Source of the DNA: Chrysomallon squamiferum
Taxonomy: Eukaryota > Animalia > Mollusca
Assembly (NCBI GenBank): GCA_012295275.1
Contig: CM022679.1
Location: 29,574,001-29,638,000, forward strand
Direction of reading: 5' to 3'
DNA: 64,000 nucleotides
A program made the translations under genes and the position numbers. Of the stretch, positions 13,965-28,400 are shown in pieces. How positions within the stretch are numbered: position 1 is the stretch's first letter; each line of letters starts with the position of its first letter. Below the pieces are notes generated by a model. The model was not told where the DNA came from. It did not search any database and saw only the letters and a program-made list of their open reading frames with translations.

Positions 13965-16900
13965 CCTCAATCCTCAGAGGATTTTCTCTGTGTCTGCTGA
14001 CACATCTGTCTTCCAGGACACACAAAGCACGGTGTTAATAAAAACATTTTATTGTCATTATTTCTGTCTGTGATTTGATACATCTATAGTACACCAACTA
14101 AATGGTCTGTGGCTTGCTTTTGTTCTGGTTCAACACGGAAAAAGAGTTATAGTGTCCAGACAGTGGCTGGTATACATTGTGGCAATCACAATCATCAATT
14201 CTGTTCAGCATGGTCTGTTGACCAAGGAATTCTGTGACCTGTTATAAGTATTCTGTCTGACATACTGACAGTGTGTAGTTTTGGGTTTCTGATCATGCTT
14301 AAGTATCTCAGCAGAAAGTAATTTGTTCAAAATCTGGTCTCTTCGGATACAGCTAGACTTACAATACATCTGTCATGGACAATAACAACAAAAAAAAACA
14401 GTTTTGGCTATGTATCTGAAATATTCTTTGTTAAAATGAGTCATCTGTTTATCTGACAGTGTTAGATTTCTTTGTAGAATTTTGTTGTATTAAAACTCTA
14501 TAAAGCAGTGCTGTGAGTACAGATAAATTCACAGCTTTAATTTTAAAACAGCCAGTCTTTGAATAATAATGCTGAAACTACGTTAGATGTCAAACAAAAG
14601 AGTTATTGTAACAACAGATTAGAACTGAAAAGGGATTTACAGCTATTTAATGATTCCCAAAATTTTAGATAAACATTGATCATTAGGAAGATATTTGATG
14701 GTTGCAAAACACACTGTGCAGATTTAAAGTTTAGATGCCACAGATAAAGCTTCTAGCTTATAACTGAAGACGGCCATTAGTAAGAATTACATGCAGGAGA
14801 CCCAGCTCATTGCTAATACAGTGGTATCCCCCAATCTGAGCAGCTTCAGGCCTCCTGAATGAAGATTCAACTGGAGGCATTATTTCCATATCAGTGTGGT
14901 GGAGTTCACATCAAAGTGTCTTGATTCCCATTGACATGTTACATGTGTTAAATCAAGCACCATTGTATTGGGCAATTAGCAGTGACAGTCTTGGTGCGGC
15001 CAGGCTAGCAGGCTTGAGCTGCTGCCTCATGATAGCCGTGTCCATCAGTATTAATTGTGTATCTGTGTCAGCGCACACACCACACTCAACATAACACTAA
15101 TGATGCCATGTTTCTGCTGGTCTGTGAAATGGCTCTGTTGCCGACTACCTTTTCTAATTGAAAATCAATGTATGGCTGATGGATGGAGCCATGTGCTCAC
15201 TTCCTGTGAAGAGCATTGGTTTCTCTCCCATAGCTTCGTCTGCGTAGAGAATAAAAATTAAAGATTTCGGTCGTTTTTGAAATTGTTGGAAAAACAGTTA
15301 GTGGGTTGGGTTTAATAGATAAAGAGTGTGTGTTGTGTGTGTTGTGTGTGTTGTGTGTTTGTCTGTATTGAGAGAGAGAAAGAGGGGGAGGATGTATGTA
15401 TTATTAACGTCAGCACCAACGTAATCACCATTAAAAAGAAATTAGCTTTAACTCTGAAAATGAAAGAAATTTTTTTTTCTTTTAAAACACAAAATATTGA
15501 TCAGTTTAAATGTTCAGACAGCAGGTCTGAGAGAAAAATATGCATGATGCCATTTTGCTCAGAAGTGGAGGAAATGAAAGAGATGACTAGTTGGAAACCA
15601 AGCAGCATCTCTCACTGATGTTCTTATGAAGATAACGAATGACCATTGGCACTTGCAGATGCAATTTCCTCAACTTGAAAAAATTGAAAGTTCTTGAAAG
15701 AAAATCTTTTTTCTTTTAAAACATGACATTTTCAAGAATGATTTTAAGATTCATGAAGTTTTATTATTTATCATTTTAATTTCTTTACAACTGTTTTTAA
15801 ATAGAGCAGTTATCAGTGTTGCTTTTTTGTACAGAGATATCATAAAATATTTATTGTACTTATTCATTAATTCTCTTCTGAAGTCAGACTACAGATATCA
15901 GTTTGAAAATTATATATATATACACATCTACATTCAAACCTTTACCCCCATAACTTACACCCACACTCACATCCACACCCAGATCCACACCCAGATGTGG
16001 CAACAATTTCTCTCTTAGGACATTAGTATGAAAATCCTTTATGCAAATTGTACATGACCGAGTGAGACAAGATCAGAAGGAAAATCTCTGTCTGTTTCTT
16101 TGTCTGGATACAAATCCAGGTCATTAAATGTTACTGTTTCACGTCCTTTATTTAAACAGATTGGAGCTCTTTTAGCGTGATCAGATTTTAAGTGCCTCAG
16201 AAATTTCCAAGACCTTATTTCAGAACTTGAACTAAGTATGTAATGATGTTCTTTTTATCAATGTTTGATATTATTTCACAAATTGTGTAAAAAAAAAAAA
16301 ACAACCTTTAACACAGACCAAAAATTGTTAAGAAATATGTAAATAAAACAGAGAGGCAGACACATATGCCCAGACACACAGATTTTTACTGGACTTCCGG
16401 AACAAAACTGATGGTCTCTAATTCTTTATATGCAAATTGCGAATGATCATTTCAGACAGAATTACAAGAACAACCTCTGCCAGCTTTTCCTGCAATGACC
16501 ACTTTATTGACCAGCGTTTTCCAGCCGCACCTCAGTTTGAAATCACGACGCAAACATGTCATTCCTAATGCTCAAGTTTCCAGTGCATTAGAATTTTTAA
16601 TTTTTTTTATCTAGACCCGTTTTTTTTTTTTTTTTTTTTTAGTTTCTTCTTCATATTTTGAACATAAAGGTTTAATGACATTCTCCCATCATTTCTAATG
16701 GGTTTTTCACACTACAGATTGTAAGTGAGAGCTCATGATCACAGATCAAAGATTGTTCAGCGTGTAAATGGTGCATTAATAAGTTTGTTCTGGAAGACTA
16801 ACACAGGCCATTTTCCCTTGAGCTTCCTATTCTTTGGACAGCATGGACAGATCAATTACCGTGGCAAATAATATTTCCAAATTCACGCTATGCAATGAAT

Positions 16901-17205
16901 TTATCGAGTTTCACAAAAAAATGGGGAAGAGAGTAAACTGACGATTTTTTTTTTTTTTTTTTTTTTTAATGATTTTTCAAAAATTCTTCTTTTCTCTGTC
17001 TTTTCACTTTTTGAGACTTAATTTCATTGCTTGATGATATGTATGATGGTGATTGACATGTTGGTTATCTTAGAATGGAGGCAGAAATAAATAAGAAGAA
17101 AATATTTAGGCAGAACTAGGTTTGAATGGAACAAAAACAGTGGAGAATAAGATCAATTCTCTTCATTGAATCTAGTGGATTATATTCCATTCCAGTCAGT
17201 CTCAC

Positions 17206-17251
<46 letters not shown>

Positions 17252-19798
17252 GCTAGATAGATAGATAGATAGATAAATAGAGATAGAGAAATAAGAATAA
17301 AATGTTTAATTTGGCACCCATTGCTGCATAAAAATGTAGTCCACTTCAAACCAAACTCAGTTAAACTTCAGTAAAAAATTTGATTGATCCAGTGATATTT
17401 CTTTATTATTGGATTTTTACTTTATTAAATTTCAAACCCAGTAAAATATTTCTACAAATACCATTATGCTGGAGAAATCCAGTTTAATTTCTTGTAATCA
17501 GAACGAAATCTGAAAATCTTGTTTATTTTTATGATCAACTTATTGATTAATCAAATGACCTTATTCATTACCATTCGCCCACAGCTAATAAAAATAAATA
17601 AAAGTGGAAAATAGATGTGTGCGAGGTTAAATTTGGCTTCCTAATGGTTTATTACAGAGTTGCCTGCCTAATCTTTCTGATCTAGCTTCATTTGATATTG
17701 AAAAAAAATCAGTTAAAATAAAAACAATTTTTTAAATTCTTTTTATTTGGTGCTAAACTGATGGAAGAACCGTTAATTTTGATTGAGTGCATTTTTCACC
17801 ATCATTTCCTGTTTGTCTGAAAGAGTTCGTTGACCTGTGTTTACTGTGTCTAAGTAGATTATAATGCAGACTTGGGGCAGAGTTCAGTAACTTTATTATT
17901 ACTGTCACAGGATAGTATTAACAATACTCACATGAAATATAATTTTAAAAATTGTGCCTGATTTTAACCACTGAATTTTAATTTTAATTTTAATTCTTTT
18001 TTTCTTTTTTATAAATTTAATTTTTTCTTTTTTTGAAATTTTATGATTATTATATATATTTTTTTATGTGTGTGGTTAAATATATACTTATTTTAAATTG
18101 AAATAATCCTTTCAATCCTTATAAAAATGAATCCTTTTGAATTTTTTTAGAATGAATAAAGGCATATCTGGACCTGTCTGCAAATACGTTCACACACACA
18201 CACACACACTTACACATCCAAATTCAGTCAATATGTTTATTTTCAGAGTTAATGAATATTTGATATCTCGGCACATTTTAACTTTACTTTCTAAATATCA
18301 AACATATTTTTATATATTTTTAATTTTTCATTTGACAAGGACCAAACTCCAGAGCAGCCTCACTAGAGGTTACTTTTATTGATCAGTGACAAGGAACCTT
18401 CCCATAGATCAAAAACTCTGTAATACCATGACCTTTGATAAACCAGCTGTCAAATGGTTGCAGGAATTGAGAATGCAATGAGTACAACAACACAAAATTG
18501 GTTTCCATTTTCTTCTGCTGTCCTCTTATTTTAATGTGTTTTGTGTGTTTTTTAACATTGTTTATGTATTTACGTTATTACACAGAATAAATCCAATCAA
18601 ATAGAAAAATCATTCCTAGGTAATTCTAACCAAATATAATTTTTGTTCTGTGGCGTGGTATAATCAAGCATATTATGCAGCTCATCATTAATTTATCAGA
18701 TTTGGTCTGGCTTGTGTAAAATTAGGAGTCATTAAGAAGACATTACAGAGCATTAATATTAATTCTGCAGTGGAAGAAGGCACAATATCACATCTCAAAA
18801 ATTACAAAAATAATATTCAGAATCGAATTGTCCATTCTCTGATGCTTTTCTCAGATGTCAGTCACTCCCTGGGATTAATCAGGGTCTTATTAACAATGCA
18901 TGTGGCGGTTACTTGATACCAGAGTGAAAATAATACCAGCATGGTTTCCCACTCCGTCAGCTAATAACAGGAATAAAGAAATGGAACCAGATTGAAAACG
19001 TCTGAGCTTCTTGGAAACTATTTTCATCAAGCAATTACAGAAGATGTCGAGAAATATGTAAACAATTGGCCATTCATCCAGCAGAAATTTGGAGCTGTGG
19101 TGATAAAACAGCCTTTTTGTGACGAAGAGACTCTTCTTGTTTGTCAAAAGTAGCCGTCAATTTGCGAAAAGTGTGATTGGACAGGAGGGTGCAGGGCTAT
19201 TGAAGAAGTAATGAATTGTGCTGGTGGACATTTCCATTCTGCATCCGATGTGATTTGTGAATAAATTTTTCCATTCAGATTTGAATAAATTTTATTCTTT
19301 ATATTTTATTTTATCAGCACAAGACAATTGTCAAATTAAGTATGAGTATTTATTTATTTATTTTGTTTCACAAAGGAATGAGTGAATGTGTTAGAAAAAG
19401 AAAGAAAGAGAGTGCAGTGATAAGTACTAGTTAAAAGACAAATGAATAAAGAAACATAAGAAATAATTGTAATTTTAAATGCAAAACTGTTTTGACATTA
19501 GGTATCTAGAAAATATTGACATTTATTTTATTTTATTGTGTTTGTGTTTTGTAGCCTGTGTGTTGTTAATAAGAAAGAAAAATAAATTCTCAGCTCTGCT
19601 GTTAATGTTTACCTGCAGGCAACAATGAAGCACCTGCTGTTCATTATGTTGGACATCGAGATATTGATTGCAGATGCAGAATATCTTTTCACATGTACTG
19701 TAATTACAAAATTCTCTCTATTTTTTTTACTAATTTGTAAAGACTGCTACTGGGTTTAAACATTGCTTTACACTTTTTTTGTGATTTAATCTTTTATC

Positions 19799-19841
<43 letters not shown>

Positions 19842-20324
19842 TTTTATTATTATTATTATATGATATTACTATTATTTATTTATCCCTTTATTTATTTATT
19901 TATAATTTTTGTAACAAATAGCCAAAGTGTTTGAATACTGCTTTAGACTTCTTGATTAATATTTTTGGTGATTCAATCTTTAATTTTTATCATTTTTTTT
20001 AACCACCTCGTTACAACAAAACAGTGTCTGCAGAAAATACATTACCAGTGTCATAATTAGATACTTGAAACCATTCCTTTTTCTTCTTTCTGTTTTAGAA
20101 TTCTTTTAAGAAAATAAATCCATAAAACACAACTTTTCCTCCTGATGTTTTATCTTACAATTCTTTCTCCTTTTTTTTTTTTTTTTTTCTGAAAACAGCT
20201 TCACACATGTTTTTTATTTTAATCTGATGTTTCTGCTGTATGACCTGTGACGTCATTAACAAAAAACAGACAGTGGTGATACTTCATCATTTAGTTTAGA
20301 AATATTTACCAGGAACCTGTCTTA

Positions 20325-20900
20325 AAATAAATGATTGTTATTGCCATTGATATCTTCCTTTTGTTCAACTGTTTGTTGAATTATTATTATTATTAAAACA
20401 ATACGTTAAACCAAATTACCATTATATGCATAACATGAGTCCCCAAGTGACCAGTATTCACAAAACACCAGAATCCAAGTAGCCAATTTATTCATAACTT
20501 CTTAAACAAACTGACAGTTTTTACAAAATATTCAACCCAAAATACAAGAATTGAAATAACAATCATCTGTTTAATTTGTTAAACGGAATAACTTACTGAA
20601 GAATCCAAATGATCATTACTGGTATTCAGTTAACATGAAAACCCCAATAACCATTGTTTGCTTAATTTGTTAAACCAAATGACCATTATTTACATAACAT
20701 TATACAAATGAAGGCAATTGTCCTGTTAACCAAATGATTGTTATGCTAATATCCTTAATCTGATGATAATTATTTCCAAATGTTAAGCCAACTAATAATT
20801 ATTTTCATGTTTACAGTAACTGAACATAAATTAAATAACATCTAACTTTTTGATTACCCTTATTTTCATGTTAACCCAGATGACATTTTGTGAATAAATG
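20325..20900. repeat. Highly diverged minisatellite
   Basis: Recurring variants of TTAAACCAAATGACCATTATT. Confidence 0.6.
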
Positions 20901-21276
20901 AAAATGACCCAAACATTTTTATTATTATTATTTAGTTTTTTTTGTTCTTGTTGTTTTAATGCATCATGAATAAGATTTTTCTTTCTTTCTTTCATTATTT
21001 TTTTTTTTTCTTTCATTCTTTTCTTTTTCTTTTTTTGACATCTGTATGATTCCTGGATTGTTTGTGCTTTCTGTTTTCTTTTGATAGTTTTTGGCAAGTT
21101 TGCTTTAGGTGTCAGTTATTAAATTATATGTTTTGTCTGTTGATATAAAAACTGAGAGCTTGCAGAAATATTTCTTTCTGACATTTGATTCGTTTTCCTT
21201 TTCTAATTATTGTTATTTGTTTTGCAATTTGTTTCATTATTTTTATTATTATCTTTTTAAAATCTTTTATTATAAT

Positions 21277-21336
<60 letters not shown>

Positions 21337-23211
21337 TTTGTTTGTTTGTATGAAATAGTTTCCACAGTCAGTCAAGTAAACAATTTCTGTTAACAGATCT
21401 AATTAAAGGGTAGTGTTTGCTGACAAAAATAAAGACTAATTTAGACGAATCATTTATGAAAGTTTTAACATAACAACATTCTGTCTGTGTTAATCCTTTA
21501 ATATAAATCTGTGCTCTGTGTCCACATTGTACCAGAAATGTTTTATTAATTTTGGTTCAAAGTGAACATATTTAAAGGGGTACAAAAAGAAAAATATAAT
21601 AAAATAAAAAGAAAAATATTCCTAAAAGTATTCCCTGTATTTTTTTTTTTTTTTTTTTTTTTTGTGTGTATAAGAGTACTTCATTGGGTTTTGTTTTTTG
21701 TTGTTGTTTTGTCTTGCTAAATCTTTTAAGAGTTTTATTTTTATTTTTATTTCTTTTTTCTATTTCTATTTCTATTATTTTCTCTTCTGGTGGGATTATT
21801 TTCATCACTGTATTAACATCATACGTTCAACACCTAATGAAATAACAGATCTAAACCCTTTCAATGCATAATTAAAATTCAAGCAAAATCAACAACACTG
21901 GTAGTTAGTTGTGCTGCTGCTCCACAGATGGCAGCACTTGCTGAACTGATAAACTGTTAGGGAGCTTCTGGGGTTGTCTCCACTTCTCACATTATAACAA
22001 GAAGAATTTTTTGGTGGATTTTGTTTTTCTAAGGACAAGTAGTAAACCTGCCCATCTCCCAGAAGGGGTTAACATTAAAATTCAAAATTCAGAGATTCAT
22101 TTGTTGTATGTTAATGTACGTACTCAGATAGTTGAGGTTGATCAGGAGCAAACAACAGACAAGACACATCTGTGTGTGGTTGTTGAGTAGAAGCACCTGA
22201 TTCCTTTCACCTGAGACAGCTAACACAGCAGTGATGGAAAGGTAGCAGTGATCCTCGTGTTAGTGCAGCGCAGAACACAGCCGAGATAAAAAGAAATCAA
22301 TACGCGCCGTTTGCCGTGCAGCCATTGTTTGCAGATGTTTCCAGCCAAAGATCCGTTCAATTTAATCTGCACATCCCATGATGCCATTCTGGTCATGCTA
22401 TCTGAGTCCTTTTAATAGTCTTCAATGAATGGTTATAGTTCCAATTTGGTTATGTTCCCTGATGTCGAAATACCTCAAGCTTTTTTTTTGTTGTTGTCGT
22501 CAGGTCAAATTTAAAAAAAAAAAAAAATTGTTTCTTTCTTTTATTTTTTTTTTTTTTTTTTATTTTTTAAAAAATGATTTCATCATCTGTGTAAGCATAC
22601 AAGTATAATATACTGAGAAAGAAAATAAAAATGACTACCCCTAATTACTCTGTTTTGTGGGTGTGTTGTACTTTATTGTTTATAAAGATTAGTCCCCACT
22701 AACTATATAAAACAATACAGTAACTTTAAGACATGAGAAAAATTATTTAGTCGGTGTAAAATAGCCTCTTTTTAATAGAAAATTTTATTGCTGCTAGGAA
22801 TAATACTTTTTTTAACACTCTTTATATCATTTAAATATTTTATTGCTTCAAGAATTTTTAATTTTGTCATGTAATATCACTTTAATAGAATATTTTGTTG
22901 TTGTTTTGGATTAACTTCTTTTTTATTTCCCTTGTGACATTTTAATGGAATATTTTATTCTGTCTAGTAAAATAGCTTTACTTTTTCTTTTCTTTTTTTA
23001 TATAGATCAAATATAACTGAATATTTTATTTTTAATGGGTTTTTTAATGTTTATTTCACTGGTATTGAAATCAGTTTAATTGTAAATACTGGCTGATATC
23101 ACAAAGCTTTCAGAATTTCTTTCTTGTCTAAAATAGATAGCTCATACTTTTTTGTGGGGGATAATTTTTTTTTTTTTTATTATTATTTTTTATTTATTTA
23201 TTTATTTATTA

Positions 23212-23256
<45 letters not shown>

Positions 23257-24460
23257 TAGAGACTGTGTGTGTGTGTTAATATGTGCAACTAAAAATAACT
23301 GATTTCGTTCTATTTTTTTGCCTTCTGGAAATATATTCAGTCCACTTACTTTGATTTAATTTGTCAGCCATCAAAGCCTTTTGAATTCCATCAAGCAATT
23401 TTTCATTTTGAGTTTTATACGTCTGCACTGCGGGCTTTGTCTGGCAATGTCAGTAGAGGTCATCTGTACCTAGTCATCGTAAATAATATTTGATAATGTT
23501 GCATGGTGAGTATGGACAGTGCTGTCAGTGATGTAGTTCTTTCAGGAAATCTTTGTCTTAGATATCTGACGCAAGACTTGTAGGGATGAAATTAGAATAA
23601 AAACATCTTTGTGTGTCTTGTTTTTTTCTGTGTCCTCTGTTTCCTGTACAAATAATTGGTTACATAATATAAAAAAAATGAAAACACAATGAAAGAAAAA
23701 TAAAAGCAAATAATGCTGTTGAAAAAACAACACAGTGAGGTGCAATGATAAACCATATGGTAAGACAAAGATAAAAAAAGAGAAAGAGTGTGAGGATGCG
23801 TGTGTGTCTGTGTCAGAGAGAGAGAGAGTCTCTGTGTTTGAATGCGTATGACAGAGAGATAATTATAAAAAACAGTATAAGAACAACAGAGGCCAGTATT
23901 AACAGTTTACATATTGAAATCTTCATTAAAACAGATAAGAAAAAAAAAAGTTTGAAAAACAAGCAGAGAAAGTGTGTCACACAAATGCCATGAAGGGCCG
24001 ATGCCATTGATTTTGTGGTGCGTGTTGTTTTTGCCTGGTTTTACAGCGTCATTGATTGGAAATACTTCAGCTGTCAAGTTTTGTGTTCTGTGTAATACGA
24101 GCCTGAGAAGATTTTCTCTCTCGTTCGCGATAGATCATCAGCTTTTTAATGTCAGTTTGACTGAGCATATCTCTATTTTCATTTTCCTTTCTACTGTTTT
24201 TTATATATACATCTTTATTTTTATTTTTATTTATTTTTTCGTTTTTTTTCAATATTGATTTTCTCTTATTTCTTTTTTGTTTTTGGTTATTGTTTCATGG
24301 CATTAACATTTTTCATATTGGCAGCAATCTATTCATATCTGACCTAAAAAGGGGAAAAAAAATTTGATGCCTGAACGATTTTTATAGCAGTGAAATGTTG
24401 TGCACAATCATAAAGTTAATGTTGTTGACTCAATACTCTGCTAGTTACAACAAAGTGAAG

Positions 24461-24830
24461 GAAGTAGCCCAGTGGTTTGAGTACATGTGTGATGGGTAAA
24501 GGGTTTCAAGGCCAATCATTCTTCAAAAAACTCATGTTCAAATCACTTTGTCAAATGTATTAAAGGCTTTGGTGTGTGCTTTCCTGTGCAGGGGATGGTG
24601 CAAATAAAATATCGCTTATTGCTTACTGGTTTGCTGCTGAGAGCAAAAAATCTGGACTATGTTATGCCTAAATTGTTACAGTTGAATGTGGTAATTGATA
24701 AAAAAAAATATCCTCATAAACTGACTGTGGATTTCATTTCTAAATTATTTGTATTAAAAAAAACCTTTGATTACCATTAACTAAAAGTGATGTGAAACAC
24801 ATTTTTTATCTTATTCATTTATTCATTTGT
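24461..24830 (+). mobile_element. Degenerate tRNA-derived SINE-like relic
   Basis: A-box-like GTAGCCCAGTGGT head and a central block AAAGGCTTTGGTGTGTGCTTTCCTGTGCAGGGGATGGTGCAAATAAAATATCGC that I recall from an abundant gastropod SINE; a related block occurs at ~12661-12712. Family identity and 3' end are not verified. Confidence 0.5.
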
Positions 24831-25600
24831 GCTGATCATAACTTGTAAACTTGTTTACTGGCTATTTTCACTTTATAATTAAACTACTTCATCAATTAAT
24901 GATGGGCTGCCCTTTTCCTGAAATCCTGCTTCTATCCTTTTTTTACTTCACTAAATGAAGTGGTAATAACAATAATGTGATGTTGAATAGTTAATACACT
25001 TCTTCCCCAAGGGAAGTCATGTTTTAATGGATCTACAGTGGAAATGTCTGCAGATAAATTTTTTCTTTTCTGAAAAATATCTTGATTTAGTCTGTTTTCT
25101 CGAAAAGTACTCCTGGGCTGTATTCATTTCAGATGAAAATACAGAAGTAGAAATATATATATATATATATGAATATGGACAAATTTTGATTTCATTTATA
25201 CCACAATTCACATTAAATTAGTACTTCATTTCATAATGTGCCGTTTCAGATCGTTTTGTTCCATTACGATTAATTTGAAATAATTTCTTTCGTTTCATTT
25301 AACACCATTTCCCTGCATTTTAAACTCTGTTTCACTCAAACATCTTTCATTTCACCAGTTACTTATTTCATTAGACCACTCTTCACCTGCTCTCTGCTGC
25401 ATCTGGTCATTCTGCAGTTGATTTTGTGAATCATTATTTTATTTCCTAAACCTTTACTGTTCATCTACTCCGTATTACAGTAATATTTGGAAATGCACAG
25501 AACACATACTGTCTTGCATCTTTTCTTTCTCTTTATCCATTTTTTTAGTTTTAGTTTTTTTTATCATGTCAAATTTTGTGTGCCTGAGTGTGTATGTGTC

Positions 25601-25650
<50 letters not shown>

Positions 25651-26289
25651 TGTGTCTGTGTCTGTGTCTGCATGAGTGCATATGTGTTTTTGTGTTTTTA
25701 TGGTTAGATATTTTAACTTAATCTTGCCAAACATGCAGAATCTTAGATACATTGTATACATAAATTACTGTAAAATATGACTAAGACTCATCCTTACACA
25801 GGCAAGCACACATATGTGAAGACAAACATACACACACTGACGCACATACATACATAACATTTGTTTATGCATGTGAACAACAGAAATAAGAGTGAAAAAA
25901 TAAAATAAAATCAAAAGATTTAAATAAATATCTAATTAATTGCAGTGTATGCTTTAGGTAAACAGTTTCCAGTAACGGTTCTGTTTTTAATTAGACAAAG
26001 TGAGTTTTTCTACAACATAAACATGCCAGATCAATAAACAGTTGGAGTGTGTCGTGCTTGTTATTGCACTGGAGCCATATATTCTCGTATCAGGTGGATA
26101 TGATAAAAATATGTAACAAATTCTACACTTAATATGAATAAACAATTCTAATGAGTCGTTTGTGTCAGTTTGCCTTCGACATAAACACTTGTTACGACAG
26201 TCAATCCATAAACACAGTCTCAGGTGTACGTTGTAAAAGATTTGTGTTAAATACATAATAAATTCTGTACCTCATGTAACTATTATTTG

Positions 26290-26835
26290 AGTACAAGTAA
26301 TTGTTTTATCTAAAAACAATCAATATTTATCTGAGTAAATGTATATATATATATCATAATTCAGTTTATTTTATTTGAATACAATCTGTTTTATCACACC
26401 ATAATTTTTATTTAAATAGTCTGATTTTTCCCCGAGTGAAATCTGTTTATCTGAATTTAATCTACATTTTATTTGAATACAATCTATATCTGATCAGAAT
26501 ATAATCTATACTTTATTTAAATAGTCTGTATTTAGTTATATGAGTATTTTCCACATGTATAAATTTAATCTGCATTTTATCTGAATACTTTCAATATACT
26601 GTTCAAATACAATGTATCCTTTGCACCAGTATAATCCTCTTTATATGATTTCTGTCCACACTTTATGTCAATATAATACACTTTTTATCTCAGTAAAATT
26701 TGTATCTAATCTGGAATTCTTTACACTTTATTTGAGTACAGTCTGTATTTTTGTCCATTCAATTTGTACTTTAGCCCAACACAGTCTGTATTTTATCTGG
26801 ATGTGATCTACACATCACTTAACATAATCTGTATG
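26290..26835. repeat. Highly diverged ~21-bp minisatellite
   Basis: Recurring variants of TACAATCTGTATTTTATCTGAA. Confidence 0.7.
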
Positions 26836-28358
26836 ATCTCAAATCATCAGTAATGTGTGTTATTTCTTTATTTCTCAAATCATTTAACAAACCGGTGAAA
26901 AATGTTGGCGGCCGTTGAATGTGACAGTCAAAGTAGTTGTTGTGACACTGCTGCATGTCATATCTTTCTGCATCCCCCAAAATTAAATCTACATAAATGT
27001 ATAGAATTGTTTATCTGATTGATTGGTTTACTAGGCAGAGTTGTCAGGTTGTGAATTGATTATCGCTAATGCATCTTTGTGTGTGTGTTTGTCGTGGCTA
27101 AACAAACATAACTTAGAGATTTAGTGAGTTAGCGAGATAGACACAGCTGAAGAATGCTGTTATTGTGGTTGCAGTAAATGTTTCTCTTCATCATCTTTAT
27201 TTCTTTCTTCTTCATCATATTATTATTAATCTGATAGTGTTACAGTTGTTATTGTCACATCATTATTGCTGTTGTTATCATCATTATCATGATCATCTTT
27301 ATCATCGAATGCTTCCTGTTTTTTTTTTATAGTTCTGTTACTTTTGCTTCTTATCATCACCGACATCAGCATTATCATCGTGAAGATCATCATTATTGTT
27401 ATTATTATTAGGGGCATTTAATTGTTATCTGCCAGTCATTTGATTTTGCAGTGATAACAAAATAGACATAAATGCTGCTGCTGCAAAAAGGTGCAATCAA
27501 CTTAATGATCTTGTGTTTGAAATACAGATACTTTATTCATGACTACACATACTGTGTACTTTAAAACATCTATGACACTGCATTCAGCTGTGAGGAAAAT
27601 TAATACTGAATGATGATGTAAAGGAAGTGAGATAAAGAAGAACTGATCCTGAAACCTGCAACTTCTCAAGCAGAGTGACTGATCTTGAACCACAGTCCTC
27701 TCTTTCAGATACAGAGAACTCAGATCAGACACAAAGTCTCTCGTAATCTTGTCTTTTCATTTTATATTACCACACAGAAATACAGACTTCGTGTTTATGA
27801 CTGACAAGTTAGCTGCACCAGTGACACACGAAAAAGAAAGATCTTTAACACTGGTGAAAAATCATGAGTCGAACTCCATTTTCTGGCCTTGCACTTTTAT
27901 TTCAAACTGTTCATTATTGGCTGTTAAAATTCCCAAATGATTTTTCATTGATGACATCAAAGCCATTTCATCTGACAGTCACTCAATGATGCTTTATTAA
28001 ATTTTCTACATAGATGAGCGGTCATCTGTAATTTCACTTGGAAAAAATCTCTCTATCTTATTTTCTTTGTGTTTTTTTACAGTTTTCTGTCAACTATTAA
28101 AAGTTGGATCTCTGTGCTGGTAAAGTGATTTCGTGAAAATAAAATAATGTGCGATGTCTTCCCTGTGTGATAAAACACAAAGTACTCGCTTCATTTTGAA
28201 ATCCAGTTCTCACAGGAATTGATAGCATTCAGAACTGCAATTACACTTGTCCCAACAGAAATGCAAAAGTGATTTTTCTTTTTAACGAGTATCTTTGAAA
28301 AATACATGTATCCAGCTGATGTTTTTAATTATGTTTCATGTATCCTAGAACACTCCAG

Positions 28359-28400
<42 letters not shown>

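Noticed and set aside
24001-24080. ORF MPLILWCVLFLPGFTASLIG as the missing FSTL signal-peptide exon
   Set aside because: It is hydrophobic, but no credible phase-0 GT donor follows and the frame runs into T-rich low-complexity sequence.
25475-25761. HTHTHT / CVCVCV ORFs here and at 17116, 59648, 60933
   Set aside because: (CA)n/(TG)n microsatellite translations.
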